NCBI GenBank assembly: GCA_001949185.1
Contig: BDGG01000023.1
Span: 190,925-254,924 of the forward strand
Length of the DNA stretch: 64,000 nucleotides
Origin: Ramazzottius varieornatus
Lineage: Eukaryota > Animalia > Tardigrada
Reading direction: 5' to 3'
Both the position numbers and the translations under genes were made by a program. Below the pieces are notes generated by a model. The model searched no databases, was not told where the DNA came from, and saw only the letters and a program-made list of their open reading frames with translations. Shown in pieces: positions 1 through 12,339 of the stretch; position 1 is the first letter of the stretch, and each line of letters starts with the position of its first letter.

Positions 1-1609
1 ATGGGGAAAATGGCGATGGTAAAGACGACGTGCACCCACAAGGTTTCACTCCTACAAAGCAGGCAAACTAGTACGAACAGTCAGATTCCAAGTGAGAAGT
101 TGGCTCGCCTTACTTAGGATCGACATTTCCGATGGTGGTGGCGGGAAACGTGTTGTTAGGGTTGTAATGTAGCGTCCCTCCGAAGTTGACCGGCATGATG
201 ACGACCAGCGCCACGATCATCAAGAACCCAGCGAATGCAATGACGTGACGCTGGAAACGCAGGTATTCCAGTGCAGCAGGACCGCATCGATCCAGCAGTG
301 TCTCATCCCTGTTAGGAACAATCAACTCAAAACACCAACAAAAGCGATAGCAAGAACCCAAAACCATTTTCTTCCGGATATAGCGAAACGACGTTACTGA
401 GAACTGCCGTACGTACGCACAAGAACACGTACTAACAAGGAGAGTATTCCAATCCGCCGCCTCTGATCCGCCAAAGGCAGGACAGGTGGAAAGAGGAGAA
501 TGTCCTTCCCAGTCTGAACCAAAAACCTAATCATCATTCTGTTCCTGGAAGAAACTGCGGGAGCGAAAGTGATAAAAATTCAGTGGTTATAGAATGGACC
601 TTGTGACTGGTGGTGCTGAGTCTGTCGAATTGGCCTGTCGCATTTTCTTCCAGGAACGGAATAATGACTGAGTTTTCGGCTCAGACTGTGGAAGAGACTC
701 GCCCCCTTCCATCTGTGTTGTCGGTTTGGGGATCGAAGGAGGCGGATTGGAAATAATTCCCTTGTAAGCTGAAGTGAGGACGTCATGTGTGAGCGCAGCG
801 GCACTTCCGGTTACCGTTCTAAATTACGTCACGGGACCGATCGGGACTTCCGTACCTACCAGATCCAACAGAATATCATGAAACTATTCCATACCTGCCC
901 AGAATCGCGTTCTTTAACCAACTCATGAAAAGCTGCCGATCAGACAAATCGTCAGGGGATCTATCGTGTGGCAGGATATTGACATCGTGCCCGTCGGGTG
1001 GGGAATCCGGCGACAGTTTTTCTGGCGTGCTCGGCGTATTCAGAGCGGAAGGGGTATCTTGCAGCGCTCGGGGATTGCCATAAAAAATTGACGACCACCT
1101 GAAAAGATAAGAACATCCAGGGGATGTCACAAAACGCATCGGCAATAGTCGCAATCATTACGTATCGATCGAGTAGCTACTCGAGTTAGTGAATATGGCA
1201 GGCCGCTGGGGTAAATTACAATAAGCAAATAATGCATATCTTAGTGACAAACACCCACCACAATGACCAAAATTCGAATTTAGGGATAATTTCAGCATAA
1301 CCCACTCGTTTGTGCGCCGTCCGACTAAAGGGATCAGCGAGCTTCCCCATCCTCTTTTCCTAAGCACGATAAACGTCCCCAATAAGCCCTGAAACAAGGA
1401 TATGGAAAGTGCGTCTAGACAGTGTTGTGAAAAGGAATGGGAAGATTACGTACAGCGAAGAAGATCAAATTTAGAATGAGGTTTTGGGGAATCCCGCTGA
1501 ACGCGTTGCCTAGACTCAGTGCGAAGGGATCACCGATCGTTCCATCGCGGATGCCACATTCATCGGCGTCGGGATTCGGGGCTTTAGTTGTGGTGGAGGT
1601 GTTAGCCAT
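1..1609 (-). CDS. TMEM63: TMEM63/CSC1 (OSCA family) mechanosensitive cation channel, 5' exons; gene continues beyond window start
   Basis: Exon 1 1609-1454 (MANTS...GIPQNLILNLIFFA), GT-AG intron, then GLLGTFIVLRKRGW. A later exon reads LLDRCGPAALEYLRFQRHVIAFAGFLMIVALVVIMPVNFGG...FPATTIGNV, and positions 1-52 read SETLWVHVVFTIAIFP. These match the RSN1_TM region of TMEM63. Confidence 0.92.
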
Positions 1610-3053
1610 CTTCGGTCAGAAGTACTTCAGGGATAGATTATACAGTGGGCATACTTTTCCTTTCTTGCCCCTCCACGCCGATCAGATCTTTTCCCAGGAA
1701 AAGCTACCATCCACTACAACGTTTCTGTAACAACGAATACCGATTATTCCTTGCTCAATTTCCGTAATCCCACGTTACACCTGCCAACATCCATCACCAT
1801 AAAAAATATGGGCGACATACACTTACAGAGCGATATCGAGAAACGGAGCAATGCCGAGGAAGATAAACGAAGTAAACAGCTGATACGAAATTTAGAAAAG
1901 TTACGGTATTACAGTAGAAATTTAGAATTCAATCATTTCAATGGAATTTATAATCCATGGCCGTCAATCAATACTTTCTCAGTTGATTGGCATAGGGGCT
2001 GCGTCACACAATCAACATCCACTTGTCCACAGCGCCTACCGGACACTTCAGCCACGTAGGATGACCACTCCGGACGAATGGTCTAATTGCTCGTCGTCAC
2101 CGCCGTGGCGCAGTTCGTCAGAAACGAGCCGGATCCCGGAAGTCCGATAGAGGCACCGATCACATCCCGGCCCGCGACCGATGGGAAGTCTTCACCATCA
2201 CTCTTTCAGACAATTTCAGAAAATGAAGAGGTTCAGCAGCCTTCCAAAAGGTGCGACTTTCCATACAGCTTTCCAACAGGTACGGCAGGTGATGGGATGG
2301 CACCATATGGTAACTTGGGATATCGAACGTGTGTGCTGCTGTCGGTGCCCCGGCGAAGGCGTGGGGTGAAATTGAATCATTGGGATTGGTTTCCACAACA
2401 GCTACACCGCCTGTGTGACGGTGTTTTGGCGATGAAAACAGGACAGTCGATAATACCGTACGTACTACATCGCAGTCGTACGAGGCATTTGAAGGATTGC
2501 GAACGTTCGCCGCCCACGAGCTGCCGTATACTGACAGTTGTAAGTAAGCAAAGTACTTGCCAGTTTGCCACCGGAAAACGTGTCATAAAATTAACCAAGC
2601 ATTACAAAACACCGACTGTGGTTAAAGACTTGAGAAAGAAAGCTCGAGGGTCGTCGTTGATCCAGAAAGGATGCAGAACACTGGCGCTGCCGAGACTTTA
2701 TGGAAAATTCCATAAGACCGCTTGTATAATGGCTAGAATGATCTTACAACCAGTGGTTAAACCGAACAGATTTCGCTTTTGGAATTCTCGAACTTTTAAC
2801 AGTTTACAAAGCAGTGACAGTCAAGAAGCAGAGCTAGTATTATCGAAGTTTTCTGTAAAACGGTGAAACGGCTTTGGCACTTGAGCAAAGAACGATGCAC
2901 GTTGGATACTGAACCAATGCCGAGAGAATGAGAAAAAGAGACTCCTTACAAAAAAATGCAACCATACACAAAACAGCAAACTAAAATATTCAAAAACTCC
3001 TCCAGTACGAAAGGAGAAGGAAATAAACAATACTGAGACCATCGAGAGAACAG

Positions 3054-5303
3054 TTATCTGCTTCCGGTCGTCGCCGTTACGCGGTCCTTACCGCGCGATC
3101 GATAACGCCTCCATATGTTGGAGATGGGAACGGGAAGAAAGATTAGTCCACCCGCCAGCATCATGATGCCGAAGATCTTGAAGGTTCGGTAATAATCACC
3201 GTCAGCGTCAACAATCGCACCTACAAAGCAAGGCAATTTCAGGCGGATTTATAGCAGAATCTCTTCACTTCCGGTCAACTTCGTGTTGTTGACTTATGCC
3301 TTCTTGCTTCGTCTTACCAGCCGCAGGACTTCCAATAAGCGCTGAGAAACCCAAAACGAACAACGAAACTCCAAAAGCACCGGAAAAGAGGTCGATACCG
3401 ACAATTTCCGTCATGACGATGGACTGGAGTGCGATGATAATTCCTGCAAGCCAATAATATAGGCGTAGAATCGATACAAAAAAGATCGCACTCTATTTGG
3501 TACCTCCGGTCCATCCATAGATCCCGCCGTATATGGCGAATGCCGTGAAGGAGTTGCAGTAGACCGACGCGGTCGTGGCTATTCCGGAGATGATGAAGGC
3601 GGAAGTATACAGCAACTGGGTGTTGCACCACGGCTGAACCGACAAGAGGCCGGACAGCAGCCTTCCTACCAGGTTGCATCCGCCTGTTATGGATACCAAA
3701 AGGCCCGTGTCGGATGCAGTACTTCCGATTTCTTTTATTGCTCGATGCGTCAGGTAAGTGAAGGGAATATAACCTGCAAACGGAGAGAATCAACAGTAAG
3801 ATCTCACTGTCGTAAATAACACGTAATTGTGTTATTTACGCAATGTCATGTCATACAATGTCACATTAAGACCCAGGTCAAGTCGCGCACAAACAGGTAC
3901 TGCGCAGCTTGACCAGGGCGCCTCGCCGTTGTCAGTTTTCTGTACTGCTTCATCGCATTACTTGCTATTTTACCTGCAATGCCAGCGGTAAAGACGACGA
4001 CCAACAGGACCCAGTACTGCCAGAGACTGAACCAAGGCATCTTGAAGACGATCTTCTCCCAGAAGCCAGTATTCGGGTCCAGCGTTGTGGGTACTCCGTC
4101 TTTCACTGGTGGCGTCTTCTTCTCCAGCTCTTCCATCTCCAGCGAGTTCTTTCGGTCGGTCCGACTGGCCTTTCCTCGATTTCTCTTGCCCTCATCGGCA
4201 GCCGAACGGAGCAGCGCAGCGAAGATCAGAACGTGAAGCACGACTGCCCCTTCCCACAGCAGACAACCACGAAGACCATACTCCTCAATCAAGATGGGGA
4301 TTATCGTGGAGAAGCCCCAAATCCCGATACCCGAACCGCAGACTGCGATGCCCATGGCAAGAGGGCGACGCTTGTCGAACCATGTGGCGACACTGACAAT
4401 GGCCGGAAGGTACACACCCCCAAAACCAATACCTGGAATAGAAACATCGAAATAAAGACCGCAGTTCAAAAATTCACTAATAAATCTGGGGTTGGATCCC
4501 GAGCGAGGTAAAGCTATCGTCCACATAGCCAGATCGCAAGAGCCTCCCAAATGGAATTTTCAGGTGGATTTTTCTTGGGGAAAGGCAACTAGTAACAGAG
4601 TTGACAACGTGACGGAAGTTATAAAATTACCCATGATTAATCCATAGGTGACGATCAAGTGCCATGTCTGTCTTGCAAAGGATCCGGAAACAGCTCCAAT
4701 AAACGCCAACAATCCTCCGCAGAATGCCACTGTCCGATAGCTGTATTTGGCCGAGAGAATACTGGAAACAGGACCTGCAACATCCGGAGAAAAAGATATC
4801 ACCCAAGGGCAATGTTCCAGTCAATGGTAGAGAGTTGATTGGATGAAAATCAAGTCTGTGTAAAGAATTCAAGTACCACAGAAGAACGTAGTTCCCATCA
4901 GCATGGATACAATCCAGGCAGCCGCTGACTTTGAAGCTTGAAACTCTTCCAGGATAGGAGGAAAGAGCATGCCAAAGGAGAAGGTTAGACCGTCGAGGAT
5001 GACATGGATCATAAAGACTGCAAAGACGATCACCCAGCCATAGCCACCGTCCGGCGCTTTCGTTTCATTCTTGGCCGTGTTGTCGGTGGAGCTCAAAGGG
5101 TTGGTCAGGTCTGTAGCATCCCCTGTTTCGATGGATAGCCGCCTTTCCCGCGTGGATACCCGATCGGATATCATCGAGGGCTCCTTTTCGTCCGGCCGAT
5201 ACGCAGGTGGAGGAGTGACTGTGCGCGTCACGACGGTTACAGTCGTTTCTTGCACCGGCGCGTCGCCTTTCCCACCTTCGTTCCAGTCTACTGTTGTCGT
5301 CAT
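3054..5303 (-). CDS. Monocarboxylate transporter (SLC16/MFS), multi-exon
   Basis: Motifs APDGGYGWVIV, GPVSSILSAKYSYR, GIGFGGVYLPAIVSVATWFDKRRPLAMGIAVCGSGIG and NLVGRL lie in successive exons with GT-AG boundaries. Confidence 0.93.
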
Positions 5304-5951
5304 GATCTGCAAACGACAGGAAATAACAAGCGGACGTGAGACGCGAGTATGGTCCAGTAGGAGAAGTCCAGCGAGCATGCCTCTCTGCTTGCAACAAATC
5401 AGCAAAGCTGCAAAGATGGCCACCAAAGATACTGGACAACCCGCTCCGCCTCGCTTCAGTGAACCTTTGACGCTTCGCAAGCCCTTTGGTATGGTAGCTA
5501 AAGCGAATTTAAGCCTACCCGAGCGTTGCTGTACACCCAGAGGCGCACCACGATTGGGGAATTTTGTGTGTTGCGTACTGTGCGGAATGACTCAGGCGAA
5601 GCGAAGAAGGTAAATCAAAGGCAATTCAATTGACTTTTTGGATCTTTTCCAATCGGCATTTCCGGTCAAATTCTGGATTTCCCGTTGCAGCTCTCCTGTT
5701 GTTTCTGTCTTGATCGGATCCATACTGTGCAATGTGCGGATTTGGCTGAATGGTCGAACAACAATGAGCTGTTCGTTGCAGGTTGTTGGACGGACGATAC
5801 GGGTGAGTCAATGACTCAAGGCCGACGATGAAAAGTTTAGCACTTGAGCGGACGGGGGAGCTTTCAACGCTGTTAGGACAAGTCCCTGCTACGTGTTGCG
5901 CATTATTTTCTTGCATGCATGCATGGAGCGTGGGTGAAATGAGAACGAGTG

Positions 5952-6864
5952 ATGAGACTTCGGTGTCGCAACTCGCATATACTTTGTACATGTGGTTTTG
6001 CTTCTTTGCAGAGTGCGCTCCGGATTCCGTCTGCCTTCCGGCTATGCCTCTCAAACCTCTCAACTTTCACTCCCCAGGTAAGTCTCGAGTTTGGACTCAG
6101 AATTATCAGCTTGGTGAATTTTCGTCTTGGTGCAGGAAAGTACAAGAGGAGGAAAGGCATTTCGGAAGAACGAGTTTGCAGCCTTGGGTTTCGAGAATCT
6201 GGCTGATGACGTCACAGTGGTACAGCGTCGTACAGGAAACCAGTTTGATCTGCCGAGTTTACTCCCAACGGGAAATGATTCAAGTTGGCGGCAGTTCCTT
6301 CTCCATTGTCCCGCTCCTCTCCCGCCAGGACAGTATCCGTTCATCATACCACCTCACTTTCCGATAATAGCACCGCTGGATCGAAGAATCATCGACCAGA
6401 TACTGCCCTCTGTATCCGACATTGAGAAGTGCGACCCTGCACCTGAAGCTAACAGGGGGATTCAAGCACCCACGGCGGACCATCTGAAGATCGAATATCA
6501 AGCAGCCCGACTTATAAAGATTCGTCGCTCCAAGATGAACAAGCACAAGTATAGGAAGCTGCGGAAGCGAATGGGTCATATCTGGACCAAGTACAGGAAC
6601 CGAAGAAAGATGCGAAGGCTGAAGGAGTTTGACAGCAAGCTGGCTGCCATTGTGGCTAAAGCGAAAGCGTTTGATCCGGAAGTGTACGTGAGGAACTTCA
6701 TCGTGATGGCCAAAGAATCACAGAAAGCTGCGGAGGAAGCACTGAACTCTTCGGGAAAAGCTATCAACCGGAAACGCATCAGAATGAAGTATGGACATGT
6801 CAACCACGAAACTGGCGAGTTTTTCCAAAAACCGTACGAACCGCCAGCTAAATTTAGAAAATAG
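5952..6864 (+). CDS. AURKAIP1: Mitochondrial ribosomal protein mS38 (AURKAIP1/Cox24-like)
   Basis: IKIRRSKMNKHKYRKLRKR is the mS38 signature. An Arg/Ser/Leu-rich transit-peptide-like exon ends at 6077 and a phase-0 intron 6078-6135 keeps the frame. The start codon is uncertain. Confidence 0.85.
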
Positions 6865-7054
6865 ATTTGGATTTCGTGGGTTGTTTCTAGCTCCGTTCGA
6901 GCTCTTGACTGGTTTTCTGTATATGGTGATGATGTCCCACAAATTAAATTATAAAGCAAGGAGCCATAGTTTCGAAAGAAAGAAACAAAGAAGGAAAGAA
7001 GAGCGTAAGTATGAGCAAAACGAACTTCTTGGGTTACTTCGTCAAAAGTTTGCA

Positions 7055-7730
7055 GCGACCACGGCCATCTTCCCGTAAAGCAGAGACTCCTTGTTTCAAC
7101 TTCTTTCTGTCCTCGGGCGAATCGTAAACCTGAACGTCAAGATCGGTCGTTCCGCCGTCGACCGTATCCAACTGGAACTTCATGCTGCGAGGAGGTGGAG
7201 AACCTTTGAGCAACTCGTATCAATACTTAATCAAAATGGCGAGAACGAAACAATCTCGCCAAGACCATCTGGTAGTTATCGAAGAAGCCCCCCCCCCCCC
7301 GGTTGGTTCCCACTGTTTTACTAGATCACAATTAATGTCCTTCTCCAGGTTGCGTCGAATTGCTTGGCGAAGAGAATATTCATCTGGATTTTCCATAGCT
7401 TCCTCATGATCCAGTGGGCACTCATCTAAAACGGATTTCAGCCATTCGAGTTATTTGGCAGCAAATGGCCAAAAAGTCTTTCGCTTGTCCAGACCACAAT
7501 GCAGCCTGGCATGGCATTCTTTCTCTGTCGCGTTCTGGTCAAGCTGAGATGGGGACTGGAAGCGTGTAATATAGTCCCACGTATACCAGAGGCCGACGAA
7601 AGGCTCTCTCAAAAGCACCAGGCTATCGAACACCAGGCCAGTCGAATACCAGGAATATTTTTTCTCTACAGGTGACGTCGCGCTTCCTATCGGCGGACCT
7701 CACGATCCCGGATCTCTGACCCTGACGTCC
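7055..7730 (-). pseudogene. Decayed protein-like reading frame of unknown family
   Basis: ORF 7451-7633 continues in frame past a single TAA (LEWLKSVLDECPLDHEEAMENPDEYSLRQAIRRNLEKD), then appears to shift frame near the poly-C/G run at about 7288-7300. Confidence 0.3.
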
Positions 7731-8334
7731 ATTCTTCACTTGCCGAACGAGCCAGCTATTGAATTGAACATTGAACATGCTTCTCTGCCATGATTGTTGA
7801 ACTGAGGCTAGATTGGATCTCGAATTCGTTTGGACCGTTCTGTTCGAATTCGAAGACGAAGGTGGCTCGTGAACAGTATCTTCTACTGTATATGCTCAAG
7901 CTTGTCAAAGTTAGTTCGTCCACGTCGGTTTCCATCTCTGGATCAATTGTACAGTACAGTTACGAAACTATGCAGGGAGCGAAAACTCCAAGACGTGAAC
8001 CCATCGCGGAAATTTACCGTGGGAACCATTTTTGTTTGTTGTGTAATTACCCATCTCGACATCTAATCAGATCATGCAGCAGCCAAACACAGTCAGTAAA
8101 ATAACATTTCTCTACAGAAGTCAAGCGGCGAAAGCTAAGCAAAGTCCAGGTTGAAGGACAAGCATCAATACTCAAATGTACAGCTCAGTCAACGGCAAGA
8201 AAAGTAAGTGAAGGCACAGGCTATCGAACTTCCGGAAACCGGCGCAACGCACGGTCCTCCAGGAACTTTTGTGCAAGGCTCAAAGCTCGCAAGCACCAAT
8301 AAATATATAAGAATGGCAAAAGGCAGCAACGCTT

Positions 8335-9468
8335 CTACGGTCTGAGGGCCGGACAATCTGTTACGGACACGGAATCGCAGTTGAACCCACTCATGATCAC
8401 ACCTTCTAGTCGTTGGTTCGAGGCGTAAGCCGCAGCGCCACATCGCTCTTCTACTTGATCCATGTAGCAGTTCTTGTGGTAACGCATGCCACTGTAAAAG
8501 ATTACATAATGCAACCGCTAAAACTTTGGGCGTCACTGTGTTTGAGACGTCGGCAAATGGACTGAACATGATCAGTGTAAAGTGGCGCACACTATCAGCC
8601 CGTTACAGTGATGACGTGCGCCATTCGAGTCAACGATCCTGTTCAATTCATTTGTCGACGCCCCACTGGAGCAGGCCAGATGTTGTTGCTTACCAGCAAA
8701 GGTCTCTGAGGGAGTCCGGTTCACCCTGGATTAGCCTGGCGGAACTGAGGTTCTTGAGTTGAGGAATGAAGCGAGTTTCTCGCATGCAGCGTTCGTGCAC
8801 AGAACTCATGCGCCGACCGCATTCCAGTGCTGCGAGGGAGTCCTGAATGATTTGTGGGTTCTCGCACTGGTTCAACAGGGCCAGCATCTGGGTGATGAAC
8901 ATGCGGGACTCTGGTCGGTTTGAGAGGCATCGGGACGAGTAATCCATGAAACACTGAAGCGATTGCTTGTAAGCTCTAAAAAAAACGAGAGTGGGTTATC
9001 TCATCAAGATTGCCAGAGCTTTGAGACGGTGTTTCAAGAGTTTGCCAATTTTCTACGGTTACTTGGTCGAACTGGTGTCCGGCACCGCTCTCCCGTCATC
9101 ATCGTAGAAAAATGCCTCCTGGAGGACTTATATGATGAACCAAGAGTCGCAATTGGGTATTCGGTCACTTACTCGCAAACTGCAGTAAACTCCTTCTCGT
9201 TTCGTAGGGCGAATGGGTCCCTTGCGAGGTTCCTCGGCAGCGGCTGGAAATGTCTGATGCAGCTGGCCGGAGGGAAGTCATCACAGCTATCGGGTATTTC
9301 CTCTTCCACGGGAGGACTAGTTTGCGGCATGTTGAAGTCGACGTCAGCAACGACAGCTTCTTCCTCACCTCGACCGATCATGTTGGGATCGTAGTAATCG
9401 TTGATAGCTCGACCCGAGCAGTAACCGGCGAAGAACAGCACACTGGCGATTATTCCAAAGGCATGCAT
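8335..9468 (-). CDS. Secreted cysteine-rich helical protein, 3 exons (about 9468-9172, 8977-8693, 8492-8335)
   Basis: Signal peptide MHAFGIIASVLFFAGYCSG, an acidic linker and regularly spaced Cys. The exons join in frame (...DLC|GMRYHKNCYMDQVEERCG...CPALRP*). Confidence 0.8.
8543..8665. repeat. Palindromic AAGTGGCGCAC-N25-GTGCGCCACTT element (intron of secreted-protein gene)
   Basis: Complementary arms GAGACGTCGGCAAATGGACTGAACATGATC / GATCCTGTTCAATTCATTTGTCGACGCCCC with a 25-nt core spacer. Confidence 0.85.
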
Positions 9469-10760
9469 TTTATTGTCGTGCAAAAGGGAGGAAAACTTTT
9501 GAAACAGAAAAGCGCGAGCAGGTTTTCCAAGCAAGAAGTATTGGGAACAAGAAACAGCAGTATGGAGTGTGAGAAAAGGAAAGAACAGCAGCGAACGCGG
9601 ACTTTATAACTGTCCGGAAGCCAGGAAGGTGACTTTGGCCTGTTAGGCGATTTGAACTTGATCTTTGAACGGGTTACTCAGAGCTGAAGACAGTTGACGG
9701 GACATTCGTCAGTCTTTCTGGGCATTTCCGAAAGACGTTCAAGGGTAAAGGAGGGTGGCAGGTTGTTTACGCATGCAAAATAGCTGTGGTTCTCAGCTGA
9801 CGAAGAACGAGATAAGGTCTTTTTCCGGTATGAGGAAGTGGCAGAACGTTTTCTGGCCCGATCAGCGAGGAGATATTTTCCGTCAGTCCCTGAAATCAAT
9901 CACAGTCAATCAATCGACAATCGGCATCAACCTGCGGCCAGAGAGAAGTGTGCAGGTGAAGCATCATGCACCTGCGTACCGGAGAAACCACGGTTTGTTC
10001 CACCCTGTGCAGTGCGTCAAATGCCCGCTGCGGGCGTATGCCCCAGTGGATCCTAACTTGATGGATTGGGACACCCAGAAAATCGTATTAACTTCGTGAG
10101 ATATTAGCCAGTTTCATATTCAGCAACATTTTTCCCGATTCTCTGCCGTCAGCAGTTCAGCTCACCTTTTTAGCCAGCTTCTTTATGCGGTACCTCGGTG
10201 CAAGACATTTTATAAATCAAAAAGAAAGTAGGTTGTCCAGGCGGGACAAATGCTCATCCTGTAGAAAATCACCAGTGATCTGAACAGGTGAACGTTGACA
10301 TTGATAACGGCTAGCGTCTCAAGTAGCCAATTGGTGCAGCAAGTGCAGAACGAAGCATGGCTCATTACAAGGTGAAGTTTGACTGCCCAAGATGCCAAGG
10401 GAAAGAGATGGAAAAAGGTAGATGAATCGAGCTGATCACTGACCAGTAACGATTCCGAAGGTGCAAAAAGCGAAGCACGTAGTGAAGTTAATGGAGTAAA
10501 TGGACATCGTCCACTTGTGCCCAGGTGTAGGCTAGCAAGCTCGTCTGGGGTGGAAAACGATATAGCTTATATCAAACTGTCCGCTACTCTTGATTGACTG
10601 ATTGCTCTTTTGCTTGAGGTGGGTACGTTAAACTAGAGCCCTGAAGCAGTAGCTGAAACCAGTGCTGCTTCTGCATTGATCCGGTGTCCAGAAACTGCAA
10701 CTGCTCTGCATTGCAGTAAAATGCAGTGCAGCGCAGAACGTGCTGCATCTTGCAGGGCTC

Positions 10761-12063
10761 TACTTTAAACTGCCAATGATGTGGAACAAGTTTGGATCCG
10801 GGTGCGTCTAGAAAGACTCCCCGGATGATAGGTGAATATTTGGTCAATGTGTGTACCGATCAGCTGATCGGTGTAACGTCACACACAACAGCTAAAACTG
10901 CAAGTTCCGGCCGGTCTTTTTCAGTGTTATTCTACAAATGGTTTTGGAATTTTAATGTCTATTACAATTGGTAAAATTTTTCCTCAAACCGTAATCTTAA
11001 TTGTTGCAGGTTTGGATTGGCTTAATTCTCTCCTATCTAATAATTTTAATTAGATCTGGATCTCTAATAAAAATTATTTTAATTATGGTCCGTCTGTAAG
11101 TTTTCATTAACCGAGTAATCAGCAGGGATATGTATCTGCTGTTGTGTCATCTTCATCAGATAGTATGTCATTCCACATGTCCATCAAAATTTTCTGTCTG
11201 TATTTTCTACGGATTAAAGCTCGAATCTACGGTAAAGGTGGTTTCGCTGGTTTCCGTTTGACGTTAGTTACAAAAGTAAGAGTAAACTCGTACGAGACTG
11301 TACAATTTGGAAAACCATTGGCAAATCATACTGCAAGTCCTGCTATGTTGTCGTGCTGTATGTTTCGGTCCGGTCAAGTCCACCGTCGTCCCAGGCTGAG
11401 TCCTCCTCTCCTTTATAGTCTGCTTCTTCGGCTTGGTGAAGCTTGGCCCTGTCTGACTTTTTCGCTTCTGAGTATTTTTCGTTGGACTGGTCATGGCTGA
11501 TGCTGAAATTATATGGCCGAGAACCAAGAATACAAATTGAAGTACAAACGGTAGGAAAAGAAGAGCAAGCTGGGAGTCTAACAGATATTACTATATTTAA
11601 ATCAAGTCGAATAATCAATGCACCAAATTCACGGTATGAGATTGCGTAATCGAGTGCGTCAATTTAACTGAAGCTGAAATTTAGAATCAGCGCTCTGTAT
11701 CCATCTCTTGTACTGTTTAACCAGCTCTCGTCCGGGATAATATTTACTCAGGGATTTTCGTGGTACAATTCACTGTGGATTTGCTAGGCATCTTGCCATA
11801 ATAAAAATTCGAAGCCCAGCTCTTCCAAATGTTATTTATTTTAATTACGGATTTTACTGTTGACTTGTGAGTCTAATTTTACTGTAATTTTACTATATGG
11901 TAAAATTGGTCGTCTCGATTTCATAATTTTAATTACTATAGTAAAATTCAAAAGTCCCACTTTTCGGCTATTTTCGATTATCTATTTTCACTAGTAGAAT
12001 AACACTGGTCTTTTTACACGCACCCGGACTAATCTTGTCCCGCATCATTGGCAGTTTAAAGTA
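10761..12063. mobile_element. Non-autonomous element bounded by about 60-bp inverted repeats with an AT-rich interior
   Basis: 10761-10828 is an imperfect reverse complement of 12007-12063 (GTCTTTTTACACGCACCCGGA...CATCATTGGCAGTTTAAAGTA). A related arm occurs at about 61305-61362. Confidence 0.6.
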
Positions 12064-12339
12064 ATTAAACGACACGAAAACTGAATTTTTTCCGGTTATT
12101 AGTTTAAATTGTCAGTTGTTTCAAGATCTAGGAGTTAACGCAACTTCTTTCCGTTAACTGAGCCAGCAATGACTTAATGTCGGGCAGTTTCAAAAAAGTT
12201 GAACGGAACGGCTCCTAACACCATGAGACTAACGTTAAGTATTATATCACAACGTACAATCTACCGTCCGTAGAACGCCACCACTCTAGCAGAAAGAGGA
12301 AGTTTTTTGAGACCTGCGAGGTCTGTTTTGGAAGACCTC

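Noticed and set aside
2087-2866. 259-aa plus-strand ORF
   Set aside because: Non-ATG start, no recognisable domain, and it lies between two minus-strand genes; probably spurious.
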